NCBI GenBank assembly: GCA_977017575.1
Contig: CDRNVI010000015.1
Coordinates: 494,533 to 558,532 of the forward strand
Reading direction: 5' to 3'
DNA from: Paramoeba atlantica
Taxonomy: Eukaryota; Protista; Discosea
DNA: 64,000 nt
Shown one piece after another: positions 48,600 through 58,239 of this stretch (within the stretch, counting starts at the first letter, position 1; the number at the start of each line of letters is the position of its first letter). Made by a program: the position numbers and the translations under genes. The notes under the pieces are model-generated. The model was given only the letters and a program-made list of their open reading frames with translations, was not told the origin of the DNA and ran no database searches.

Positions 48600-50327
48600 A
48601 TGGAATTTTGGTACTGTGTATCTACGAAAGGTGTCGGTGGAAACCTTCGCCTTACCAAAACTTCTCCGTCTGCCCACAACAGAGCTGCTGGTTCAAAGGG
48701 ATACATTTTTCTTCATTGGATATCAATCGATGGAAACCATACAATTGTTCTTTCTTTCCACCCCAAAGAGAGTTGGAAAATTTATCTTGCCCGTAGATCA
48801 GGGTCTACGAAAATGAAGATTTCAGTCCCCATTCAACAGGACTCCGCAACTGAAAATGAGGAAAATATTGTTGGCAGCGTGAACGCAAAGAAAGAGGAAT
48901 GCCACGTGTTCGATTTTCATTCCTTGAGTGAGAGGGAAATGGTTGCACAGCTTATTAAAAATCATGGATGCGACGGATCTGATTTGGATACCACATTGAC
49001 TACGGTCCAGCAGCAGACTGGTTCTGATGCTACTGATCCTGCAAAAACGAAATTTTCGAATGTTTCTGCCTCAACGTTTCAAGAAAAAATAGGTATGAGC
49101 AGTAAACCAGTGTCTAGTTCACTATCTTATAATGTCATAGAAGCTTCCAAGGGCACAACTGAATTTTTGACATACATTACTCCTCAATTTGTCCGTGATG
49201 TGTTTGGTCAATTTCCCTCAGTACTACTTGCATATTCTGAGACAGTGCTAAAGGGTGAAATGGAAGAAGAGACTTTTTGGCGGGAATTCTGTTGTAGTCA
49301 CTATTTTAGTTCGCTTGCAAGAGGTAACGTATCTGATCGATTGGCTATCGTCTCTTCAACAGATTCACGAGCGCACAAGGGTTTTTTTGAGGTATATGAG
49401 GAAAGAATAAAAACTGAAAATAATAAAACATTGAAAGGTTTGCCTTTTCTAAGTACGTCATCACAAAATACCACGACTGACGCTTTTGCTTGCGATCCAA
49501 CTTTGCACCTCGATCGACAAAATGTTGAAATTGTCCCGAGCCCTGGCTATAGCACTCACAGAAATGCCAACGAAAGAAATTTGATACCACATTCTCTTGA
49601 AGAGGTAGAACCCATTTTTGATCTTAGCCAGGCGGTATTGTCATCTTCTCGCCCACAGTCTTCCCCTCACGTACATGATACATCTCTCAACTCAGAACTA
49701 CGAAGACATACCGAACTTAATGACTTGCACAAGCGTGCAGTTGACTCGAATTTGAGCAGTGACTCTCACCCTTCTCAGTGCAACATTATTGTCCAAGATT
49801 TTGCGGTTGCGAAAAAGAAAATTGAAAATTACGCATTGGAAACTGATAGCTTCATAAACGCGGTTCCCTTTCGGAATTTAATTCAAAAGCAATACACAGA
49901 TATTACGTGGACTTGCCCTCCCGAATTTTTATCCATCATAATATCCCGCTCTTCATCACACTTTCCGTTTGGCCAACGAATTTATGATACAATGTGTTCA
50001 CTGTACTGTGGCAAGACATTAGATAGATGTATGTCTAGCGAGAACAATGAAAATTACAAAACCTCATGCTCTTTTCAGGAGTTATCTTTTCTTAGACATA
50101 GCGAATTCATTCAAAGAATAATACGCTCCTGCACCCTTGCATGGAGTCTTCATGCTGATAGTGTTGAAGTTCTTAGACCACTGATGTCAGATCTTCGGCG
50201 TTTACGAAATGAATTAGATGAATTGATATCTAAATTTGACGATAGCAGTGTGAAACGAGAGCAATGTGAAGGCATTTTGCGTCTTCTTCAAAACGCAGCT
50301 ACACATTTGGAAATGTTAATAAAATAA
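48600..50327 (+). CDS. TFB1: BSD-domain protein, TFIIH p62/Tfb1-like
   Basis: BSD-like ITPQFVRDVFGQFPSV..AY......MEEETFWREFCCSHYF; PH-like N-terminus; ATG 48600. Confidence 0.68.
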   Translation: MEFWYCVSTKGVGGNLRLTKTSPSAHNRAAGSKGYIFLHWISIDGNHTIVLSFHPKESWKIYLARRSGSTKMKISVPIQQDSATENEENIVGSVNAKKEECHVFDFHSLSEREMVAQLIKNHGCDGSDLDTTLTTVQQQTGSDATDPAKTKFSNVSASTFQEKIGMSSKPVSSSLSYNVIEASKGTTEFLTYITPQFVRDVFGQFPSVLLAYSETVLKGEMEEETFWREFCCSHYFSSLARGNVSDRLAIVSSTDSRAHKGFFEVYEERIKTENNKTLKGLPFLSTSSQNTTTDAFACDPTLHLDRQNVEIVPSPGYSTHRNANERNLIPHSLEEVEPIFDLSQAVLSSSRPQSSPHVHDTSLNSELRRHTELNDLHKRAVDSNLSSDSHPSQCNIIVQDFAVAKKKIENYALETDSFINAVPFRNLIQKQYTDITWTCPPEFLSIIISRSSSHFPFGQRIYDTMCSLYCGKTLDRCMSSENNENYKTSCSFQELSFLRHSEFIQRIIRSCTLAWSLHADSVEVLRPLMSDLRRLRNELDELISKFDDSSVKREQCEGILRLLQNAATHLEMLIK

Positions 50328-50477
50328 TTTTTGAGAGTGATCGAATTTCTGCTTTTCAGTATTACACCGTCTTTGTATTTCACCCCGTGTATTACCCCGT
50401 CTTTCGCTTTTAATATTTCTTTCTTTCCATTTAAGGGCTATATTGCATAAATTTTATTTGACGTCGTTTTTCCCATA

Positions 50478-51104
50478 ATGTCTTATTCCATGAAGCATTG
50501 CTTAGAGCCTGTGCCAGCTCTATTTTCAGATGAACGAGCCGGACGTATCCGTGGGGCTATTCTTCCTTCTGAGTATGAACTGTACAGATTCATTCGAAAT
50601 GTAACCAATCGCAATCCTACTTGGTCGACAAGTCTCTCAGCTTGTGATTGGGAATGGGTTACTTGTAATACTGCCCGTGAGGTAAAGCGTTTAAGGTGGG
50701 GTGGTCTTGGTTTATGTGGCTCGATTCTATGGAAGCATACTCCTGCCACAATTGAACTCCTCGATATGGGAGGTGATGCAAGTGGAGACCACATAAATTT
50801 TTTGTCTGGGGAAGTAAACTTCCGACTTCTTCCTCCAGGACTACTTGCTCTCTATCTGGAGTTCAATAAATTTACCGGAGAACTAGTGGCATCGCACCTT
50901 CCATCTCGTTTGAAATCATTGCATTTAGCTTCTAATTATTTTCATGGTTTCATAAATTTCTATGAACTTCCGTCTTCTCTTTTTGTTTTAGATGTCTCAA
51001 AAAATGCACGCTTACAAGGTAACTATACTTTGTCTTTTCAGTCGCAACGTCCGTTTATGATTGCAAATACGCGGGGGACCATGATTGAGTGCTCAAAATA
51101 TTGA
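50478..51104 (+). CDS. Short leucine-rich-repeat protein with plant-like LRRNT cap
   Basis: LPSEYELYRF...W....ACDWEWVTC; repeats LPPGLLALYLEFNKFTG, LPSRLKSLHLASNYFHG, LPSSLFVLDVSKN. Confidence 0.85.
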   Translation: MSYSMKHCLEPVPALFSDERAGRIRGAILPSEYELYRFIRNVTNRNPTWSTSLSACDWEWVTCNTAREVKRLRWGGLGLCGSILWKHTPATIELLDMGGDASGDHINFLSGEVNFRLLPPGLLALYLEFNKFTGELVASHLPSRLKSLHLASNYFHGFINFYELPSSLFVLDVSKNARLQGNYTLSFQSQRPFMIANTRGTMIECSKY

Positions 51105-51485
51105 ACTACTGTCCATAAGTACTGTGACCCCCCACATTTGTGTGGACACAAATTGTATAGCGGGGTATCCCCCACTTAACCCCCAGGACACGATCAGTCA
51201 CCCCCTCCAGAATTTGGTTACTTTATCCGTTCGGGCTAATTTTTGTTGCGTTTCGCAGATCTCGATGACGCTTGTTTGCGCATACAGGCACCACCTCTGC
51301 TTTTGTCTTAAACAATTTGTGTACTAAAGCAATAAAAACGAGCAAAATATGAAGCTGTAAAGCTTAAACACTGCATTGCATTTTTTTTGCGATTGCATGG
51401 GGTCCTATTATATGGGATTATAGTATATAAACCCTATTACGCTTTTAAGCCTATTCCTGATTTCTTAATTGACATAAGATTATAC

Positions 51486-52190
51486 ATGGAGTTATACTTC
51501 AATTCTTGGTCGATGAATTTAGCTTTTATGGATGTTGGGGCGCGTCGCAAAGGCTCCAAAGTTCGTGGCACATCCTTACCCCAAGAATATGCTCTAGTCA
51601 AATTTCTGGCCAATGTGACTCACGACTCCGGCACCTGGTCAACGCATACACCAGCTTGCGCGTGGAATGGGATTTCGTGTGATGGGAAAGATCGCGTTGT
51701 CGAGATACGTATCGGGGGGGAAGGCTTGAGTGGAACCCTTGACGTGTCCTCGCTACCTGCGTCATTACTTTTGTTAAACACAGCCAGTAATAAATTATGT
51801 GGCTCCGTCGCTTTCTGTTCACTTCCCGGAGAACTCCAGCAGCTAATTCTCCGCTACAACTTTTTTACCGGGCTTGTCGATCTCACGAGACTTCCTTTCG
51901 GACTTCAGTCTCTCTCTTTGCAGTCCAATCGGTTCTCCGGGACGATTGATCTTGCATCGCTTCCCCCTACTTTACATTCTATTTATTTGGGATGCAACAA
52001 TCTTGACGGAGGGCTCGATCTCTCCTCTCTTCCGCGGACTCTTCGTGATCTCTATTTGAACGACAACAACTTCACTGGTTTGGTCGATTGTAGCCGATTG
52101 CCGACCTCATTAAAGACACTACAAATGTCACGCACGCAGATAAGATATGACCCACAACAATGTTCTGCTTTAATTCAGATTTATACATAA
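51486..52190 (+). CDS. Short leucine-rich-repeat protein, tandem paralog of 50478
   Basis: LPQEYALVKF...TWSTHTPACAWNGISC; about six LPxxLxxLxLxxNxFxGxxDL repeats. Confidence 0.88.
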   Translation: MELYFNSWSMNLAFMDVGARRKGSKVRGTSLPQEYALVKFLANVTHDSGTWSTHTPACAWNGISCDGKDRVVEIRIGGEGLSGTLDVSSLPASLLLLNTASNKLCGSVAFCSLPGELQQLILRYNFFTGLVDLTRLPFGLQSLSLQSNRFSGTIDLASLPPTLHSIYLGCNNLDGGLDLSSLPRTLRDLYLNDNNFTGLVDCSRLPTSLKTLQMSRTQIRYDPQQCSALIQIYT

Positions 52191-52520
52191 TACCTACATA
52201 GTATCGCAGATTAGCTATGATTTCATCCTTGTGTACGAATTGTACATGGCCCGCTATGAAAACGTTGTTTTATATAATAATGAGAATTTGATTTTTATGT
52301 CATAGAGTTTGGGAGTTCGGAAGAGTGTCATAAATATTTATGTTAGAACATCATCGAGGTCGGTAATCTTTTTTTAGTTCATTCCGTGCACGTACAAGTC
52401 GTTACATTATACCAGCTTGCTTTCGCAAGCGAACTGGTGCTAGAAATTTTCATTACCTTTTACTATACGCAGAGTGTCCTTTTATCTTGAACTTCTATTT
52501 TTACAATATCTTTTACTAGT

Positions 52521-53069
52521 ATGACCGTTCCTTCTTGCAAGCGGCGTCATGTTCTACATGACTTGGTTTCAAAACCAGGTTTTGATATTATTCCTGAAAC
52601 CGAGCATTATCGTCAACTTGGATCTAAGTCTTTTTCTGGAAAAGCTTACTACTTGGGTCACACTGAATCTCACCATAATACCTCTGTTGATAGTACAGGG
52701 CATCGCTCCATGATGAAATCAATTCCCATCAAGGCAACGCTTCGTTTAGATTATGTGGATGTTTTCATCAGATGGTACCGCGATGTTATTTTTATATCTC
52801 TAGACGATAATCTAAAGAACAATGAAATATTATGTGACGAAATTTTTGAGAAACATGCTGCTCATACATCGTCTGCTATCGTTCATATCGATTCTGATAA
52901 GGGTAAAACGTTCGTCGCTGAACTTAAACATGGTCGGGTCCCGGAACTTGTGACACAACAAATCTTACTTCCACTTTACAAACGCAGAATGCATATTCCT
53001 CCTGTAGCCCTTCACGTAGAAGATCTCAGAACCAGTAACGGAGGTAGAATTGTTGGGGACATGAGGTAA
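52521..53069 (+). CDS. Hypothetical protein
   Basis: 182-aa ORF with ATG after a T-rich tract, on the cluster strand; no family recognised. Confidence 0.6.
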   Translation: MTVPSCKRRHVLHDLVSKPGFDIIPETEHYRQLGSKSFSGKAYYLGHTESHHNTSVDSTGHRSMMKSIPIKATLRLDYVDVFIRWYRDVIFISLDDNLKNNEILCDEIFEKHAAHTSSAIVHIDSDKGKTFVAELKHGRVPELVTQQILLPLYKRRMHIPPVALHVEDLRTSNGGRIVGDMR

Positions 53070-53321
53070 TATTATTATTACCTAAAATTATTACCTAGTT
53101 CTTAAATAGTTGAAATAGGAGGGGTACCTTCATATTCCTGGAAGGGGTAAAACACAAAGTTGCCTTTTAGATTTTTACACATACTTCGAATTCTTGCAGC
53201 TTGTAAGATTTGCTAGATTCTTATTTATATCTTCGATATTTTTCTTTTTTCACTTCATTTTCATCACTTTCTTCTGATCAATTTAGACGACTTACGCCTT
53301 CATCTTTTCTTTCATATTTTA

Positions 53322-53744
53322 ATGGTACGCATTGCAAAGACAAAGACTGGAGCGAATCGTAAGAAAGGTAGCGAACGACGTACGTACCTTCCCAAAGTAG
53401 TGACCCTGGAAACTACCATTCATCTCGCGCCGCACATGAACAATGTCACGCACAAAAAGAGAGCTCCGCGGGCCTGCAAAGTTGTAAAACAGTACGCTCG
53501 CCGCATGATGGATACAACGGACAATCGAATCGATGTGAAACTCAACAAAGCTCTGTGGTCTAAAGGTATTCGATCTGTGCCTCATCGCATTCGTGTGCGT
53601 ATGGCACGAAAAGTTCGAGAGGCTGCGGGAGAGGGAAGTGGACGACGTGGTGGCGGTAAGTACTACACGGTTATATCTTATGTAACACCCAAAGATGGTA
53701 CTTTCAAGGGCAAACAAACAGAGATCGTACAGGAAGACGAATAA
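53322..53744 (+). CDS. RPL31: 60S ribosomal protein L31 (eL31)
   Basis: VVTLETTIHL, KKRAPRA, MMDTTDNRIDVKLNKALWSKGIRSVPHRIRVRMARK. Confidence 0.95.
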   Translation: MVRIAKTKTGANRKKGSERRTYLPKVVTLETTIHLAPHMNNVTHKKRAPRACKVVKQYARRMMDTTDNRIDVKLNKALWSKGIRSVPHRIRVRMARKVREAAGEGSGRRGGGKYYTVISYVTPKDGTFKGKQTEIVQEDE

Positions 53745-54192
53745 AAGGCATGGTTAGTACTTCAGTATCTTTATGAAAAGAAGCGAAAAGATGGAGTAAA
53801 GAAAGAGGGTCATATTTTTAAAGAATATTACTTTTGAAGCGAAAATGACTATTCTAAATCTAAAATAATTATGCACTGAAATTGTGTTCTTGGCTAACTA
53901 CATGTATTGTAGTATCATCAAGTGTTGTATCTCATACCCATTCTAGTACGATGCTAATAGTGATACGTTACTATCACATTTCTTTTTTTAAATATTTTTT
54001 AATAATTACATGAACCTCCTGGAAATAGCGTATTTTATGAATGAGGCACGAGTTTTGATGGAGTTTCGCATGGATCTCGGTCGTGACCTCCTTGATTCAA
54101 AAGGCACTATTGCTTAGTGATTTTGCTTTAGTTATTTTGCTTTATTCACAGACATCTAAATTTTCTTGCCTGGGTTCCAACCTGAATATTTG

Positions 54193-54249
54193 GATGACAT
54201 ACATGTATAGACATGACATACATGTATAGACATGACATACATGTATAGG
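54193..54249. repeat. 19-bp tandem repeat x3 (CATGACATACATGTATAGA), each unit containing TACATGTA
   Basis: TACATGTA at 54200, 54219 and 54238. Confidence 0.92.
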
Positions 54250-54473
54250 CATCGAAATTAAACTGTACTCCATTTTTACCATTTCATGATGAACTCCGAC
54301 GAAAACGCGTCCTTTATGATGGTTCCTTTTGGATACCTACTTGATCACAATCTGTCAGCAAGTTCACTGATCAATTCAATATATTTTCGTTCCTAATACA
54401 GCAGTCTTTTCAGGGGTCCCTAAAACTTTAAAAACTTTATTATATTTTAGTACTTTTATACATACATTACCGC

Positions 54474-54542
54474 GTACAGTACTCGGGTACGTACTCGCTT
54501 TGAGTACTCGAGTACCGTATGCGGGTACCGTATTCGCGGTAC
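54474..54542. repeat. GTAC-palindrome cluster
   Basis: Eight GTAC in 69 bp (54474, 54479, 54487, 54491, 54504, 54512, 54525, 54539). Confidence 0.75.
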
Positions 54543-54850
54543 TCGCCTTGCAATACTCACTAACCCAAAACAATAGTGGCAGGTGGCAGTAAACAGGGGT
54601 ATAGGAATAAAACCAGGATGGTATGAGATGTGGGAAGAGGTGTTTGTCTCGGAGCCTGGTGTTCAGTACCGGTTCTAGAAAGCTGGAGCACGTCTGATTT
54701 CCTATAGAACAAACTTCCTATTTCATAAAATGAATTTCTAAACAGAATAGAAATGAAAAACCAACTGGGCAAAGGGAAAGTATGAGATACAAAGGAATAC
54801 AAAAATTAAAAACAATGACAGGACGAACATTGAGTTTTCAAGTATAAAAA

Positions 54851-54958
54851 TTACATGTGTAATGCATGTATGTAATACATGCATGTATTATTGTACATGC
54901 ATGTACATATTGTTACATGTACATTGTATGTTAATTACATGTGTAATGCATAATGTAC
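54851..54958. repeat. Self-complementary ACAT/ATGT low-complexity block
   Basis: ATTACATGTGTAAT twice, GCATGTAT-GTA-ATACATGC stem, TACATGTA at 54914. Confidence 0.75.
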
Positions 54959-55315
54959 GAACAGTATAGAAGACATTTAAAAGGGAGCATTGTTTGCATG
55001 ACAAGAAGAAAAACTTAAGCCCAGGTATAAAGTGTAGCCCGGGTGATTGTTAAGCACATTACGTGAAACTTTGAAAACCCCATAGAAACATACAGGGGGG
55101 TGCACAAAATATGGGAGGGGGTCAAAATTCGCGTAGGTTGGCCAATTTCGGAAAATACCGCATTCGAGAGCTCTCACAGACTTACGTGTCATGTGATACT
55201 GCGTTTTACGTTGTTTCCGGGTATGTGCATTTTCCCAAATACCGTAAAAACGGCAAATGCAAGTTTGATTTCTGACGAAAAAAATGTTAATATCCACAAT
55301 TTCCACCTTTTTTTG

Positions 55316-55501
55316 CTATATGTCAATTTGCGCGCGTGTCGGTACACTCTTTAATGTCATCAAAAAAACATTGTATAGCTTCCCTTTTAATTTTGGTCCA
55401 CATAATACCCAACACCTGGCAGTGTTCCCGTGAAACCCAAACTCCTTGGCGACAGCAGAAAAAGATTCCGTTTCTACAATTCCTTTTACCAAAAGTATCA
55501 T
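55316..55501 (-). pseudogene. Transposase N-terminal HTH remnant
   Basis: IVETESFSAVAKEFGFHGNTARCW resembles YEKTNSYSRTAQNFGVHEGTVKLW of the 57.5-kb transposase. Confidence 0.5.
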
Positions 55502-56177
55502 GTGAGAGGGTCAGAGTTGCCCATGTCATAATCTTCTTAATAAGAAGGGAGGGTTGGTCTTACAAAATGCTACCACACGCGAGAAGCTTGTATCTTGTAG
55601 TTCCTACAAAACTAATTACACTCTAGGGAGAAGAGTCTATAGAGGCGTACCTCGATGACATCACGTTTGGTCGGACGAATCTCTCACATTAGTCTACTTC
55701 AACGTGAATGGTGCGGATGGACGTGCATGTAAACGTGAATCTAGGAAATTGTTATTTTTGAGTTCACTCACCAGACATCATCCTCAAGAGGCACTCTAAT
55801 TTAGAGTTTATTCAAAACCATTTATTCAAACCCGATACTCTTAAAACTTAAACATATTTATAATCAAGGATCATATGACTCAGACTTTCGATGAATTGGA
55901 GATGTTTTCTTCGATGCTTCATTCGAGGAGCTCTGCCACCTCATGATTCCGAGATTTCTCATTATTAGCAAAAACGAATGACAACTTCTCGTTTTGTTCC
56001 CTTAACACCGTAGTTGTTTTGTATGAGATCATGTTAACCTCTCTTTTTGTATTTTTCATGTATGTCGTTTACGCCTACGGTACATTCGTACGTCACAGCT
56101 ATTTTATCATTTTTCTCAACCGTGCTCTCTAGATCTTTCTGAAAATTTTGCACCTCTTTTTTTCCTGTCACTTCTGG

Positions 56178-56750
56178 ATGAATTTTTATTCAAGAGAATT
56201 CTTTTACACCGGAAAATCTTCGGACTCCTTTGTTGTCACACGGCGTGGAAAGGCCTAAAACTTCCTCCTGAACTTGGTCTTATTTCTTTCACACAGAACA
56301 TTTCGAACCTTCATTCTTCATGTACATCTGAACGTCCTCCTTGTGAGTGGGAAGGTGTGTCATGCACAAGTTCCCATCACATCCACTCACTATCATGGGA
56401 TATGATGAATCTAATAGGTGAGCCTCTGTGGTCCTTTTTGCCAGATACTATAACCGATTTGTCTATGTGTGACAACAAGCTTGAGGGGGCATTGCCGTTG
56501 GAGTTATTTCCTCCTGGTCTTAAGATGTTGAACTTACACAGGAACAGGTTTAGGGATTCGCTTGACTTCAGCAAACTTCCACACCAAGTTTATACCGCGT
56601 GATTTAGTTTCAACTTATTCTCTGGGCCGCTAGATTTAAGTTTCATTTCTCATGCGCTTATATCACTCGACCTAAGCCACAATAGGTTTGATGGTACATT
56701 TCTTCAGTTCCTTCCACTCTTCAATCTTTGGACGTTAGCTCAAACTGTTT
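56178..56750 (+). pseudogene. LRR-family pseudogene inside the TIR-bounded element
   Basis: ATG 56178; frameshift near 56255; LPPELGLISF...PPCEWEGVSC cap; LRRs; in-frame TGA 56600-02 followed by FSFNLFSGPLDL..LISLDLSHNRFDG. Confidence 0.8.
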
Positions 56751-56898
56751 CAGCTCATTCAATCCGCATCTTCCTCCGGTATGGATCATAATACATAACC
56801 AGCATTCAGCAACCTAGCCTTTCTATACACCGCACGAACTTTGAATCGTCTTTAGCTTGTCATTATAGCTTAGTAGCTAATCTATAGTAGCTAATCTA

Positions 56899-57293
56899 CA
56901 GTGCGCCCAGTTGGTAAAGTCCCAAAAAACGGTTTTCCCAAATCGTAAAGTTTTTTGTTTTAGTTACCTTTTTTTAGAGTTTTTCTCTTTTTCGAATATT
57001 TTTGTCTAAAAGAAATCGTCAGTCTGTCATTGATTGCATTTCATCACCTTTTTTAAAGTTATGACAACGGACATTCGCATACAACTTGCGTTGCAAAGCG
57101 TTGTCCAAGACTCCAGCCCAACTGTATTTGATTTTGATATGCTTCATAGAAAATATTGATTCTTGTTTTTTGATTGTGCGCTTTCATTTTTTCTCTATAC
57201 TTCAACGACATTCGATTGCCCCGTTGATAAAGTCCCAAAAAACGGTTTTGACAATTCAGTAACACACAGGTACAGTGCGCCCAGATAGTAAAG
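56899..57293 (+). repeat. Three same-orientation copies of a Tc1-type terminal repeat (CAGTGCGCCCAG..GTAAAG)
   Basis: TA CAGTGCGCCCAGTTGGTAAAGTCCCAAAAAACGGTTTT (56897-936); GTTGATAAAGTCCCAAAAAACGGTTTT (57223-249); TA CAGTGCGCCCAGATAGTAAAG (57271-293). Confidence 0.8.
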
Positions 57294-57296
57294 ATT

Positions 57297-57779
57297 TCAC
57301 TCTAGCATTTCAGTGGCAAATTGTACTCTTCGTTCCTTGTGGTTCGTAGTTAAGAAAGGGACCTTCTTTACCGTCCTAAGAATAATTTTTTCTTTTGATT
57401 TTTTCAACATGTTCTTTAGGGAATTTAATGAACACGTGAAACCACGGCGCTTAACCTCTCTCCAAAGCTCGCTCCAATTAGCGATGCCATAAGTAAGGTC
57501 GCGATAAGCCTCGTCAATAATCTTTAAGGCCACTTCCTTGAGATCTGGTATACTGACCCTAGGAAAACGTTTAGGAGACGGACTGATCACGTCCCCAGTG
57601 GCGTTGTAACGCTCGACCCAGAGTTTAACAGTCCCCTCGTGGACCCCAAAATTTTGGGCTGTGCGAGAATATGAGTTCGTTTTCTCATAGTCCGCCACAA
57701 AAAGCATACTGTGGGTTTCCTTCGTCTTCCCTGGTGAAGAGTAGGACCGCGCGCTCAAATTTCGACCGGTCGTACGCAT
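57297..57779 (-). pseudogene. Tc1/mariner-family transposase, N-terminal DNA-binding half only
   Basis: HTH SYSRTAQNFGVHEGTVKLWVERYNATG; second HTH SELWREVKRRGFTCSLNSLKNML; linker VKKVPFLTTNHKERRVQFA; stops where W...SDE should follow and abuts a CAGTG TIR. Confidence 0.8.
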
Positions 57780-58157
57780 CGGAGTAACATTCGAGCCGTC
57801 GGACCCCCTCGCGTGGACGGTAGAGGACCCACAGCCTGTCAAGGCCAAAAAGGTGCTAAATAGAATAGAATAGAGTTTAGTCCCTTCCATGCAATCTCGG
57901 TTTCGCAGCTCCCACGCCAGTCGTCGTTACGATAGTTTATCTTGCGGGAAGACACCGCTTAACCGCCAGGATGATTTTCCAGGCGATGAGAGCTTTCTCT
58001 GAGGTAGACTTGCTTAAGAATCCTCTGCAGACAGCGGCGTCGTACTCCAGGCAGGTTATTGAACGGCATACATCTTCCTCAATGAACCTCAGCTAAGCAG
58101 CTCAGCCAGGTTCCCTGAGATGGAGTATGCCCCTCCTCTTACTTACTAAGTTAGTAC

Positions 58158-58239
58158 TGGTTCATGAACCATTTCATGAAAACAGTGGTTCATGAAGTGG
58201 TTCATGAAAGGGTTCATTGGTTCATTGGTTCATGAACCA
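58158..58239. repeat. GGTTCAT(GAA) array bracketed by perfect 14-bp palindromes TGGTTCATGAACCA
   Basis: Palindromes at 58158-71 and 58226-39; six GGTTCAT copies in total. Confidence 0.85.

Noticed and set aside
51108-51220. TA-CTGTCC/TACTGTGACCCCCC segment with C-tracts between the two LRR genes as another TE end
   Set aside because: No partner inverted repeat or second copy found in the window; too weak to call
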